Origin: Hydrolagus affinis
Taxonomy: Eukaryota
DNA length: 64,000 bases
Assembly (NCBI GenBank): GCA_012026655.1
Contig: JAAILG010000300.1
Location: 1-64,000 of the forward strand
Direction of reading: 5' to 3'
Shown here: in pieces, positions 12,841-26,465 of the stretch
Layout: every line of letters begins with the position of its first letter
How positions within the stretch are numbered: the first letter of the stretch is position 1
Program-made: the position numbers and the translations under genes
The notes under the pieces: generated by a model
The model's input: only the letters and a program-made list of their open reading frames with translations
Database searches by the model: none
Told to the model about the DNA's origin: nothing

Positions 12841-14633
12841 ATAACAGAACAGTCCCGTGGAAAGATATCTTAGCCTTTTGTTTATTGCTCCCATTGAGAA
12901 AGTACTTTGGAATATATGACAGTGTACATTGGTGCCAGAGCAAACATTCCCTTAGTACAGAATTTGGGGGTCTACTTTGGGGATTTGTGATAAGCCAATC
13001 TTATTAGTACCCTTTTATCTCAGTACATCAAGAGACCGATCTACACTCGTTGTTTGCTAGTTGCTGGTAAATGTTTAGGTCCACAATTAATGAGAAACTA
13101 TACAACCATAAGCACAAATAGTTTGTCAACATTATTATTAATGTTCATCATAGTACAGTAATCCTTACATTTGTTATACAGCCTTTCATGTTAGAAAGTT
13201 CCAAAGCGCTTTACGGAATATATTACAAAGTCCAGTGGAGTGTGTGTTTTGAGGGTGTTTTGATTACTAAACTTAATGCTGGCATTACCTCAGTCTGTCA
13301 CATGTAAAATGTACAGCACTTCCCGTATTTGCTCCTCCTGTATTTGCATTTTCAGCATTAATTGTTCTAAGCAAAGAAGCCCCATCATTTGGACAATGAA
13401 TTTGTCTAATCAGCATTCACTGCAGGTTAGTGCTAGAGATGCAATTTAACATTCTGCTCCTCCCTTCTAATTCTTTTATTTGTGCTCATGTAATCTAAGG
13501 CAAAAACATCCATTTTCTTCCATCCGGTTAAATGCCAGCCTTCGAACTGCAATTAAACTTCAGTGGAGTGTACAGAGGCAGCATTTCCACACACACAGGA
13601 AACCACACTCAATGTGACAGATTGCTTCTGTGTATTTTCAGCAGTTCTTCCATGGATTCTGAAATGTTGTGTGGAATTAACTTGACATTAACTTGACATC
13701 CAACACATTTGCTCAGAACACGGTTAATACATCCCAGAAGGGGTTAAAAAAAAGCCTTCGAAAAGTTCGGGAGGCAGTGGTTAATTTTTTGTCCAATCTT
13801 CCGGGTTAAGACTGCAGTCCTAGCTGAATGTTCACCTATTACATTTTCAAGGTTTCAGTGCTGGAGAAGTCAGATAAGAGAGGCTGGTTTGGGAAGGCTG
13901 TGTAGCTGAAAAGCTCTATCCAGTAAATGTTTCATTTTGGAAAGTCAATCATTAAACATCCTCTTCAGCAAGTTACGCAGCACTAATCAATAGAGGGATC
14001 AACCCACTACCATGGGATGGAGTGAACGGAGGGGGTTAATTCCTAATCCTTTCTGAGCACTTAATTGGGACCCACCTGTATAGACTGGGTGAGGCCCCGC
14101 CTTCATTATCTTTTCTCCAAGCAGCTGCTGGATGACTCACTTATCAAACTCCCTTGAGTGGCACAGTTTCAGAAATTTTTATACACTAACCGTGGAGCTG
14201 AACACACAAATAGTCACATGAAATTAGCCCATGTTTCTGCAGGCAACTTCATATTTGGGATGATAGCTATTCCCACCTGCAGAATCATCCTCAAAACATG
14301 ACTGTCAAACGGTAATATTGTAACAGCATTACCAATGCACTTTAGAAGTTTCCTATTTACTGTATTTTGTTAAGAGCAAAGAGCAATTACTTATCACCTC
14401 TCTTGGTACTAAACCAATTCATTAGCTCAGGCTTGGTTTGACTCTATAGGTTATGGTACGGCTCTATAAAAATGTAATTTTGTTATTGTTGTTGTTGTAA
14501 TGGATGTTAGAGAATAAGGCCAGTAATTCTATATGCACTCAGCTGCTATTTACAGAGTCAAAACTTCCATCAGGTGAAGACTCCTCCAAGCTTCCATGGA
14601 GCGTTTGAGTTCATTGAGTTTATTTAGGTGTAA

Positions 14634-14970
14634 GCTTGGCTCCATTGGTAGCCCTCTCACTTCCGAATCAGAAGATTGTGGGTTCAATCCTGAATGGGAA
14701 CTTTGAACTCATGTAGTCTGGAAGGACTAACCCTCCAAAGCAGTGCTAGGTGGGTGCTGCAATGCTGGAGGTATTGTGCTTCACGTGAGATATTAAACCA
14801 AACCTGTCTGTTCAACTGGATATTAAAGATCCCATGGCACGACTCGCAAATGGAAAAGACGCTTTCGCAATGTCTTGGCCTCTAATCCCCTGGATAAAAT
14901 TGGTAATTCGCCTCATGTCTATTTGTGCAGCACTACTTTGTGCAAATTGTCTGCCATATTCATCCACAAA
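14634..14970 (+). mobile_element. Older long Deu-domain SINE
   Basis: cttggctccattggtagccctctcacttccgaatcagaagattgtgggttcaatcc..ctggatattaaagatcccatggcac..tgtgcaaattgtctgcc. Confidence 0.75.
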
Positions 14971-15816
14971 AATATGATGAGATTCAGCCCTTGTGTAACT
15001 CAGTACCTCTGTGCTAACTAACGCAAACTTTGTACATCAATTTTATTGAGTTTCGAAGAATCTTTAAACATGTTTTTCAGACTGAATACAACCAGCAATA
15101 AAATTTGCTCTAGAGAAATGATGCAACACAACAGGATGTTGTAATTCTGTTATCTTTCCCCGCTTGATGTTCACCTTAAGTTTTATTGAGCAATTGTTAT
15201 GTGTAGAGTACCCGAGTAAGGTGTGGAACCACAGAATACTGTAACATATGGAGAGTTAAGGTTCAATAATTCACTCCATTTTTACACACTATTATTTGTA
15301 TTTGCAGTTTGAGTATATTGCTTCAGCTGTTGCAGATAGCATTGCGTCAGGAGGTGATTGACAACTTTCCAATTGATGCCTGTTCACCATTATTTACATG
15401 CTTCTATTCATCTACATCTCCATTTGCCTGTTCAGGTGAACGTTAAAGATCCCACAACACTACACAAAAAGGGAGGTAGTTTCTTCTGGTGTCCAAGAAC
15501 AACAATCCCCAAAATAATGTTGGTCATTTACTTTATGGCTGCTTGTGGGACATTGCTATAGGCACATTGGTGGCTGTGTTTGCCTACAAATATTCACAAT
15601 CACTAATGTGAAGTGTGTTGAGACATTGTCCTTATGTGAAAGGCACTAAATCAAATGCAAGATTATTATTATCTTACAATTGGGACATTGCTCCACCCTG
15701 CTCAAGGTTCCAGTGTTAATATTAGCTTTGAAGCAAATTCAGGGTCTTAATCCTTTGCACATCACTTTCTCATTGAATTTCCATTGGTAAGTCTTCCAAA
15801 GGCTTAAGCATTTCAT

Positions 15817-16070
15817 AGAGTCCTGTAGCTCAGTGGTTAGAGCACTAGCCTTGCAAGTGAGTGTGTAGGGTTCGATTCCCGGCAGGGTGAAACCTTGAAA
15901 CCAGGGTGAAATCCCTCGAAAAAAAACCTGATAAATAAATTGGTCATTTCAATCTACGACTGTTTGTGGGACAGTCACTTCACTTTACAGCATATTCTGT
16001 GAATCGCTTTGAGTTGTCTAGAAGACGTAAAAAGCATTGTATCAAATCCAAGGACTATTAATATTATTAC
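15817..16070 (+). mobile_element. tRNA-derived SINE, short family, with internal deletion
   Basis: gtagctcagtggttagagcac..ggttcgattcccggcagggtgaaacc..ttggtcatttcaatc..tail. Confidence 0.85.
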
Positions 16071-19000
16071 TTTTTCAGTTAATTGGCCTGCAAATCATTA
16101 TTTGACTATTGAATTTCACTATTGAATTCCACTTTAATTATTCACAGCAATATTTGGAAGATTTAAATGAACAAAAATATTTAAGTTGAGTGACTCCAGA
16201 ACTTATTTTCTTAAAAATATCACTGAACATAGAAAGTATGGTGTTTTTCATCAGTTTTATAGTTGGTTGGAAGCTGGTGTGTTTGCCTCGATCTCAGATG
16301 CTAATGGATCTTTGCTTTAGGACATTAGTAGCAGGACAAGTGACCTTGTGTACCAAACAAACTAATTTGGAATAATAACAACAACAACGCACCAACAACT
16401 TGCATTTATGTAATACCAGGCAGTGTCTCAGTGTGGTTAATAGTAGTTTCGCGGCATCCGTTTCAATAACAAATTAGGAACAAGCACAGTATTGTACGAA
16501 TAACAACAGCAACTTGCACTTCTGTAGCGCCCTCTATGTGTCTCAGAGCACTTAAACAGTAAACTCGGGTTCCAACTCGAAGGAAATAACAATTCAATTG
16601 CAGTCAGAATTCTGAATAACAGCAATTGTCATCAAAGATGTGCACGTCAAAGCAATGATATTTCAAGCGGCCTGAATTGAGAAATCATCCACCATATGTT
16701 TCATAGACAGACCCGTCCAGTGGAGTCTCTTATCATTAATTGATTTAGGAGAGCCTGTCGTACACTTCCTACTTGCCACATGTGAATTGAAGGATTAAGT
16801 ACAATGCTCGCTGATAGATTCATAGACAATGATTTGCTTGAGCCTGTGCTGGTTATTACTGATAATATAGTGAATCATTTATTGAGTGGATACTTTCAGT
16901 ATGAAGCCAAATGGCAAACTCTTAAAAGAGTATTGTAAACCCGACCACTATGCTAATTCCAATAGCCTTCATGAATGAGTTTGAGTTACTTTTTTGGGTT
17001 GTGGTTTGTTGTTCTTCTCTACTCACTGAAAAGTTTCTGCCTCTCTCTGAGGTCCTGGGGTTACAGTTCTGTTGGCACTGACAACCCTCCAATACCTTGC
17101 CCAAGTACCTATCCTAGATACATATTTTCCTCTCCCTAGTCTGGGATACTGTGCCCATTTCAAATTTGTTAAAATAATGACTGTTGCGCACCTGCTCTTA
17201 TACCACATTATTTTCACGTCAAAATAAATGCCACCTACATCACGTTTTCTGACAGATTTCACACTACACTTACACAGACACCACCTTTCACAGCAAAATC
17301 ATGCGAAGAGCTTTGAGACAACACGCTAAGGCACTGCAAGGATGATTGTGATTACGTTTCTAAATTACCAGTGACTTTCGCGAAGAAAACAGTGATTTTG
17401 TTAGTGGAGCACCATTGGCTCCAGGATTCAGAAGTGTGTATTAGATCACCCAAAACATACTCAAAGATTGCTTTGTTCATTCAACTCTTGCAGCAATGTA
17501 CGGGAGTGCATCGCGATTGGTTTGTGTTACCCATCACAAAAGCATATGATGTTCAGAGGAGCAAAACTGCGAATATTAATTCAACATGAACCAAATTCTC
17601 TGGCGCGAGTTCAAACCAGTTGTAGATAAGTGTCTGGAGCTCTGAGCATTGCCAGCGTTTATCATTGAAAACCTAATGACTGTCAGATGAAAGTCATGAG
17701 TAAAACGACACCTTCAATGTTTTAAGTAGGAATAACTTTCAAAGGAAAACGCAGACTTTCATCCTGAACGCAATTCGACGTTGATCTAATGTTTTAAAGG
17801 ATGGGGGTCTTTCTGGTGCTCTTGAAGCATTTTTCCACCTTTTCCATTAGCTCTTGCAACCTTCCTCTCTTGCAGATCAAAACCTAGCTAACCAGTCAGT
17901 CGTGGAAGAGCAACACACCTTTGCGAGAGTATGGCGAGGAGAGAAGCCAGAAGAACTGGAAGTGCATGTACACGCCAACCAGGATTGTGTGAACTGTGGA
18001 ATGACTGGGAATGCATTACTCAAGATGGTTTTGACAATATATGAAACAAATTAGTCAGAGAGAAGCATTTGCCCTCGAGCCTATAGTATCACCCTGATTA
18101 CAGCATTTGCGTGGGTGAGACAAGTACCAGCAAGAGCACAATGGGTGGAATGGGTGGAACACTTTTCAACTGTGAAAGGCATCATAACTGAACCCAATCT
18201 GATTCTGTAGATCCATACAATAGTACAGCGATTAGAAGCACGACAATATAATTGTTTCCCCTTCTCTCACACAAAGCTAATTCCGCCACCCTAGCTACTG
18301 CTTTGGGTGAAACCAGCTAACTCAACATAGACCAGGAATTGACACTGGTTCATTTGGAAGCACTAGATGGTCATTTATGACCGTTTGTGGGACATTGTTT
18401 TGCCACTAGGCTGCCACTTTTGTCTACAAATACGCAGTGACAAAATTTTACAGTAAATCCTGTGAAAGGTTTGACACCAGGATGAGGCACTATTATCAAA
18501 CAAAACATTTATAAGAACATTAGAATGTAAGCTTATTTTGTCACTGAACTGTGTTTCAGGTCCTGCACTGTACAAATTTAGTCATCATTTGAAATTAATA
18601 ATAATATTCATTTGTCCACTCAATCGACAACGGTTGGTGGAACACTGTTGCGTGCAATTGGTTGCCACGTTTGCCTCGCAAAGTGTACAGTCAATTCACC
18701 TTAGAATATATTCTGTGAAGAGGTTTGAAACATTCTGAGACACTAAACGCTCTGGGACGTTACCCTGCATGGAGGGTACTATATAAGTGCAAGTTGTTGT
18801 TGTTGTCTCAAAGACATGATAAGGTGCTATATCAAATGCAAGGATTTATTATTATTATTTAATAATAATATTATTATTATCATCATTATCATTCCTCTAA
18901 TCTCTGCTGGATCAGAAATTAGTTTAGTTAAATTTGCTTCTGAATCTTTTAACTGTGGATGGGTAACACATCTACTGTATTTTGTAAACATACAATTTTA

Positions 19001-19475
19001 AGGGAAGCTGTTCCCCTTTAATTTACATACACTTGGTGGTATCGTATTGTTAAATTTGGGAGATCTCTAACATGTCTTTAAGGCTGAATTCCCTGTATTG
19101 TGAGACTCTCACCTTCCTTGATCTAATGAATATAACCACAAGCGGCTCTGGTGTGTTTGACTGGTACAGGTGTAAATCACCTGCAAGAAGGAGCTATACC
19201 CACATGTCTAATTAATGTGACGAACAGAGTAACCAGATTCCAGGCACTTTAGTTCTGATATTATTTACATTACTCCCACAATCTCCATTAAGTGTCACAT
19301 TTAGTCACTCGAGTGCATGTCTTGACATGGTGTAATGAGGGGTTATAGCAGGTATAATAATAATCAGTATGAATTGCATCGACTGGCTGCAATGTTAGAC
19401 TCTTGTGTAAAATTATTCTGTTTTACACTAAAGAGAAAATTAAATATTTTTGGAAGAATTTTAAAAATACCTGTA

Positions 19476-19690
19476 CAGTAAAGCCCATTTATCCAGCATC
19501 CTCGGGTCCTAGCCAATGCCAGTTAAAGCGCGTGCCGGATATTTGGTCGAAAACACACAAAATAAATAAATAAAAAATAATAATGCATTGTGCCGGATAA
19601 ATTCCGGTTAATCAAATGCGGACTTTTTTGCGGTACCGGTTATACAGAAGTTGCGGTTGATAGGGTCACGGATAAATGGGCTTTTTACTG
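19476..19690. mobile_element. Non-autonomous Tc1/mariner (pogo/Tigger-like) MITE
   Basis: TA-CAGTAAAGCCCATTTATCC ... GGATAAATGGGCTTTTTACTG-TA: ~19-bp TIRs starting CAGT (right copy has 2 extra bases), TA target duplication, CpG-rich interior. Confidence 0.85.
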
Positions 19691-22600
19691 TACTTGCATA
19701 TGATATGGCGCTTTTCACATCTTCTAGACATCTCAACACTTCAAAGAATAAATTGTAAAGTGAATTGATTATATTTGTGGGCGAGATGTGACCACCAATC
19801 GTGGACAGCAGTGTCCCACAGACAGTTGTGGATTGAAGTGACCAATTTATTATTTTTTTTCTTGAGGGATTACTATTATAATTAGTTCACCCCCGCGGCC
19901 TAGTATTTTTGAACACGTTTATTCATATATTTAGAAACTTTTTTAAAATAATGTATTTGTTGTTTACAAAAAAAAAGGGTGAGCTTTAATCACTGGGTTG
20001 TTTTTCGTTGTTGTTTTTGAAGCTGTATTGGTTTTTGTTTTCCTTTTAGAAGTTCATTGTTACAATTGCGGAAACATACCTAAGGCTTATATATACACAC
20101 AGTATAGAAGATAGATTTGACACAGCGCCAACCGCGTCAGGAGGACACAATTGTGGAAACATACCTAAGGCTTTTACATATATATAGATGAGAATCGACA
20201 ATATGGTTCATTTAAATGGTCTGCAAAAGACTCATTTAAGAAAGCGTTCGATACTGTGGGGAGAGGATGGTGGGGTGGACATTTTGGAAGAATTAGATCA
20301 AAAGAACTGAAGTATCTGCTTCAACTAAACCTCTCTTGTGATATGTATTATGAATCTTGTGTGGTGTGGGTTGGGGTCCAATGTACCATATTGGGTAACC
20401 AACCAATCTATTCTGTGAATATAAGTTTGAGCAAAGTTGTTACATCTTAATCTACATTGGTGGTTTCTTATTGTTAAATGTAGGAGATTTCCAACATGAC
20501 TTTTGGGGATACTATGAAGATATTCACAGTAGTCTCACACCAGAGGTGTTGGATCCTGTATGTAGGCGGGTTACAAATGCAAATCGGTATCTTAATCCTT
20601 CCGTGGAAACTCTAAATGTTGCAGACAAGATGTTGAAAGGCTTTTTCTTACATTCTCGGTTTATTCACATGATCCTCTCTATTATAAGGCATTAATATGA
20701 ACAGTGGTTTTAGTGAATGCAGAGTTTGCCCTAATTCCGTAGAAGTACAAAATTCTGAAAAGCATTGAGATCATTGGATAATCTAACAAGAATTGTCATT
20801 TATTTATGGTGGGTGGGAGTGGTGGAGGTGGTGGGGGCTCACAAAAGGTACCTTTCAATTATTTCCCCCCTCCCTAACCTAGGGACGATAAGGTCAAATG
20901 TAACATCCTCAACATTGCTTTAAGATTATATCAATCAACACTAGTTAAAATTCAAACCTCGGATTGTCCTGGTCTTTGTCAGTCAATCCCATATTAATCA
21001 TTGAATTTGCCTGCGGAGTTGACATAAATGTATATTTATGTCATATGTATATTCTAAGATTTAAAAAAAAGTGTGTTCTAAGATTTAAAAAAAAATTAGG
21101 TTTAATTTATAAATACTGTAGTAACAAAAGTCATTTAAACTGCACTTCAAATGCATTCAACATAGTTTGCACACATCAGTCACAAGAGCCTGTGACCAGG
21201 TGTTCCCTCCCTTTCAGTGTCTCCACAAACATTTAAATCTATACATTTTCCAGCCAAAGGAGTAGAACCTGTTATCACTTTGTAAACATTTACAGCTGCC
21301 TCACAGAAGAGGAGTTGGATCTGTAGGTAGGTGGAGCATGGATGTATTTCAATACGTATTTCAATACGACTCAAAATCGATATCCTATGGGAAGGGGAGA
21401 GAGTCATTGTCTGCAAACTCTAAATGTTACGGAAAAAAATGCGCTAGACTCTTAATATTTCTGATACTTTATTCTACTGCAAACTCAATGCTGTTAAGGT
21501 ACAGGTGTCACTGGATATGTGGTTCTGGGACATTGCTATGTGCAAATTAGCTGCAGTGTTCGACCACAAAATACACAGTCAATCCCTTTTACAATATACA
21601 CTTCGAAGCGCTTGACTGTGATATCCACTTCCATCTTCAGAGCTTTCCAATATTTCCTGGCCAGAATTGCACACAGATACTGGAAAGTTGAGTGAAGTTC
21701 CAGAGGACGCTGGCAGACTTAATCTCATAAAACAGCAGACCGAAAAGATGAGTCAAATTGATCCTTGCAAAGAGAGGAGCCAATTACTAAACCTTTTATT
21801 AATAATAAAACAACTCACCCTATTCTGACGTCGAGTTGATGTTTGATTTATGGGCCCCATATTGAGGCTTGCTTTTGATCTTATTATTGCCGGAGTGTCA
21901 GCAGTCATTTCCCATGTGATATTTTCTGCTTAGTCTGTCTTATAGGACGCTACATAAATGCAAGTTGTTGTAGTCGTACCTCCAGAGTACTGGAGGTTGT
22001 TTTATTTGAATCACGGACAGGTTGTTGCTACTCGCTATTGTCCCCTTCTGATATTCCTCAATAGATTTTGGAGAACTACGAAGGCAAGTTGGAACCGGCC
22101 TTTAAACAAGAATTAGATTTTTTTTTCAAAAGAGTCCTGAAAACAGCTGGAGTCTAGTCGTTGGTTTGAGAAGCCTCCAGGGTGTGCATTGTGGCAGAAC
22201 AGGATCCTTTCTGGCTGCCCACTGTCCAATACCAGGATTCATTTCTCTTGACAGTAAGGTTCTCAAACGCATTTTGAGGAAACTAGTTAGGTTAGAAAAT
22301 AGGCACTTTGTGCAAACATTTGTAGAAAATGCGCAGATCTATTTTCAGTTCTATAGGTACATTCAAAAGAACAAAAAGATGCAATGTTGAGGGAGAAATT
22401 ACATTCCAGAATTTGGCAATTTCTTACATACAAACTTAATTTTGAAGCTGGTTTTATGTTTTCTAATTTGTTTCTAAGAAATACAGACAACCGGCTTCAA
22501 AGTTAAGACTGAATTTACCTCTTTGGCAAATTCTGGATGCTGAAATGCTACATAAATAAAATAAATCTAGTTCCGGGCAAAATCTCTCTCCCCATAAAGC

Positions 22601-24704
22601 ACAAATTATTACTGTAATCATCTAGAAACAAATTATTTTTCACACCAGAATAAAATCAATAGCATAAATTATCTTCATGTCCCAGTTGCATTTATATGGT
22701 GCCCTACACGCAGGGTTGGTCTCAGCACACTTAACAGCTGGGTGGCTTGACTCGCAGCCGGAAAGGGAGTGGAGGTGACCAAAGACACAGTCAAGGAAGA
22801 AAGTCTTCAGGTGTCGTTTTAAGATGAACAGACAAAGAGGGGGCAAGATAGAGAGATTTAAGCAAGGAGTTCCAGAGATTTGGAGCAGAGTGGCTGAAAG
22901 CACGGATGTCAATTGTGGAACAGAGGGGATGAAGGATGTGCAGAAGCTGTACAGTATAATTTCTTCTTATAATTCTTACTCAAAATTAGTGCATTTGGTG
23001 TGTGTGTTTTCCCCAGAGAAACTCAATCAAACTGGCATTCCTTGACAGTGAAGCAGGAATTATCTGAGAAGTAAGATACAGTACAACACAGTTTTGTGGG
23101 CAGTGATTACAAATTGATATGGTTTTGGGAGGGTTACGATCACAATCTCTTATAAAACACTGAATACTATGTGGTTTACAGTGGATGCACCACATTCTTC
23201 CATGTTATTTACATATGTCAACATTTGGAGCCTGTTAAATGCTTGGTATACAGTTTCACAACGATCGCTTTCCTGATCAGTTTCGCACAAGGATGTGTAA
23301 CAAAATAACCTTATTCTAAACTAAATCCTTTACCGTTTAACATTGCAATTTAACTCATTTGACAGATTAATAAATGTGACAAATCGCTGCCTGGAACCAC
23401 ACCTGTCAACGCAGCTCTTTCAGATTTGGGATCAAGCACCAACTTGCACAACGGGAAGTGATTTGTTCCTTGTTTTTCAGTAAAATTCTGGAAGAACCGG
23501 CCTCGCCAATATGATGGGAACAATTGGCGTTTGACATTCCTGAACCTGATGGTTGTTAGCAAAATGGGGGACAAATGTGCTATTTGCTCGATACTAAAAC
23601 AAACCAGTTGAAATGCAAATCACCAACCCACTCGCTTTCCAGTTCCCCTGCACTCATTTTGAAAGGGGTTTGTTTATTACGTGATTCACCCGTACTTAAA
23701 ACGTAGCTCGTTCAAAATGACGTGTTGTTTTATTCGTACTGCCATCCATGGGTCAAGCAGCACAGGTAGAAACGGAAAGGCGACATTCTTCAATGACTTT
23801 AATGACTTTTAATAACAGACTTTGGTGAAATTATTTAAATTCTGCCTTAGGGCTAGGCTGCTAATTGCCATGATAGGGTTCTTAAGTAGGTCTTGCATTC
23901 CATAAGGGAGGAAAACGTATCTCATTTTATTCCGAATGTGAACACTGCAGGGCTCCTAGCCTTGATTCCGTCCTGCAGTCTGCAGCCTTATAACACCCAT
24001 ATTTGTTATTGGCTATTCATTGACCCTTAATGTCTCCTATCTTCCCTGCAACAGCAACAGCAACAAAAACAACTTGCCTTCATATTGCAGTCCTCATGTT
24101 GAGTATTGGCAGCAGCACTGATTAAATAGACTGAATGGCCTGTTCCTCTGCTGATCCGTTCTTGTCATTCTATTTCTTTCTTGCCCATAATTCGCTGCGG
24201 CTGATAGACGCTGAATTACGGTGGGATTCTGGTAAGACACGTCAGGTTGAAACTTGACAGTGCCTCATTTTCATTTGTTTTTTTCACCTTCGGGCAGGTT
24301 AATGTTGGCACAGATCCTGCACTGTATATCCTTCAATTATGTACCCACACCCTTTTGCAGCCAGAGGCATCATTTCATCATTTCTGCCTGTGTTCTCGGG
24401 TTTCATTTGTAAATCTCTGCTTTCTCTGTGACGCTCAAAGGGAGGCCTTTAGCCTGACTGTGTGTGCACTCTCTATGATTGAAAACTTAAAATGATGACT
24501 TATCTTTGGGGCGCAAATAAGCTCCCCTCTGCTACATGGAGAGAAAAAGAACAAGAGGGAGAGAGATGCACATGTAAATCAAGGTGTTCATCCACGTGCA
24601 AATGTATTGTGTTGTCTTATTTGAGTAATTAAACAAGCATCTTTCCAACATGTCCTAAAGACAATACCGCAAGTTCAATGATGTTCCCTTGTTCCTTCAA
24701 ACCT

Positions 24705-25060
24705 AGTGCGTCTCAGTTGATCGCACTCTCGACTCTGAGTCAGAAGGTCATGGGAGTTTGTGATGTATTTTTCGAGGTTCCATCCTTTGGATGAGTTAAA
24801 TCAAGGTCACGTTTGCCTGTTCAGGTAGATGTTAAAGATTCCACAGTATGTGTTGAAAAGTGAAAGGAATTTCTCCTGAATTTCTCCCCAAATAGCATTG
24901 GTCATTCATTTCACCAATGTTTGTGTGACATTGCTATGTGCAAATTGGCTATTGTGTTGGCTTACACAGCCACTACACTTTACAGTGGATTCAGTGAAGT
25001 GCATTCAGGTCTCTTCCTGACACAAAAGACACTGTAGCAAAACGCAAGGATTATTACTAC
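24705..25060 (+). mobile_element. Older long Deu-domain SINE
   Basis: gcactctcgactctgagtcagaaggtc..gcctgttcaggtagatgttaaagattcc..gctatgtgcaaattggct..caaggattatta. Confidence 0.75.
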
Positions 25061-26156
25061 TTGGGTTCCTTTTTTCCCCGCAATTGGTGAATTTGGGAGT
25101 AGAGTGTTTGCACTGCGGCTGATGGATCAACACCTTTTCCCCAGAAATAACCACAAGGGAGCTATTGTGTGACAAAACACAGCCTATTCTGGCAACCAGC
25201 TGCTTTTGCTGTTTCATTGGGACACAGTCAGATCGTACCCTTCACATTACCGTTTTCAGGGCTGATTCTCTGATCATTGATGACTTCAATGACCATGGTA
25301 CAACAACAACAAGCTGCTCTTATATAGCATGCTGGGTAGTGTCTCAGAGCACTTAACAGTGGCAGAGCATGACTCCAAGCTGGGATACATAAGGAACTTG
25401 TTTTGTACACCTTTGTGACTTGAGCTGCAGATTCAAGGGATGCTGTGATCAGCAGTGTTTGATGGTCAAGCCAAAACATTTGGATACACAAATTACAGCG
25501 GCAGGCAGGGAGAGCAAACATGTTATCCTCATATTGCATATTAGTGGTGTGCTGGGACATAGGATCATTTAGATAGGTTTTAGTAGTCCTGAGGCCTTCT
25601 CCTTTCTGGAGCTCACTTGACTGCTGTTTGAGGGTAGATTTTCCAGAGTGATGTTTTTTGCCGTCAATTGGCTTTGGGATTTTTGGTTCCATTGGGTTGG
25701 CTCAGGGAATTGCAGGGGACTAGGAAGTTGACATAAGATCGTAAGAATTTACTAGGAGAAAGAAGACCGAGGTCCATCCAGTTTGCCATCCCCCATCTTC
25801 ACAGTTGCATGAGGTGTCATGTCCCAAACTATATGTTGTGCCAGAGATATTATTTCCTAACAGAAATCCATCTACTGTAATTTATTCTTGAAAGAATCAA
25901 CACTTTCTGCTTCTATCAACTCCCTAGGAAGCCTGTTCCATATGTTTACTACTTGCTTACTGAAGTAGTATTTTCACAGATTTGTTCTGAATTTACCCCC
26001 ATTTCATTCTCAGACCATGTCGTCTGGTTCTATAGACAACAGGCGAAGAGTTAAGAGTGAGTATAGGTTAGAAGTGAAATGTAGGAGTTATACTACAGAT
26101 CGTCCTCGATCATCCTCTGGGCCTTTTTTTATTTCTTACTTTGTAGATATATAAGA

Positions 26157-26465
26157 ATAAGAATAATAATGCTTGCATTTGATATCACGGCTTCTAGACG
26201 TCCCAAAGCACTTCAAAGAATATAATGTAAAGTGAATTGACTGTATATTTGTGGGCGAAACACATCAGACAATTGCGCACAGCAGTGTCCCACAATCAGT
26301 CTTGGACCGAGTGACCAAAATATTTATTTATTTATCTTTTCTTCAGGGATTATTATCAGGCATGTGGAGTAAGAAAACTTGCCCAAGGTTTTGCCCTGCT
26401 AGGAATCAAATCCAGGTTTCCTCGCTTGTGAGTCGAGTTCTCTAACCACTGAGCTACAGGCCTCC
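26157..26465 (-). mobile_element. tRNA-derived SINE, short family, full length
   Basis: Reverse complement of the 2197 family, ending ctctaaccactgagctacaggcctcc. Confidence 0.9.

Noticed and set aside
25228-25692. 154-aa minus-strand ORF
   Set aside because: Runs through an L2-tail fragment (~25305-25360), has no recognisable domain and shows no exon signals.
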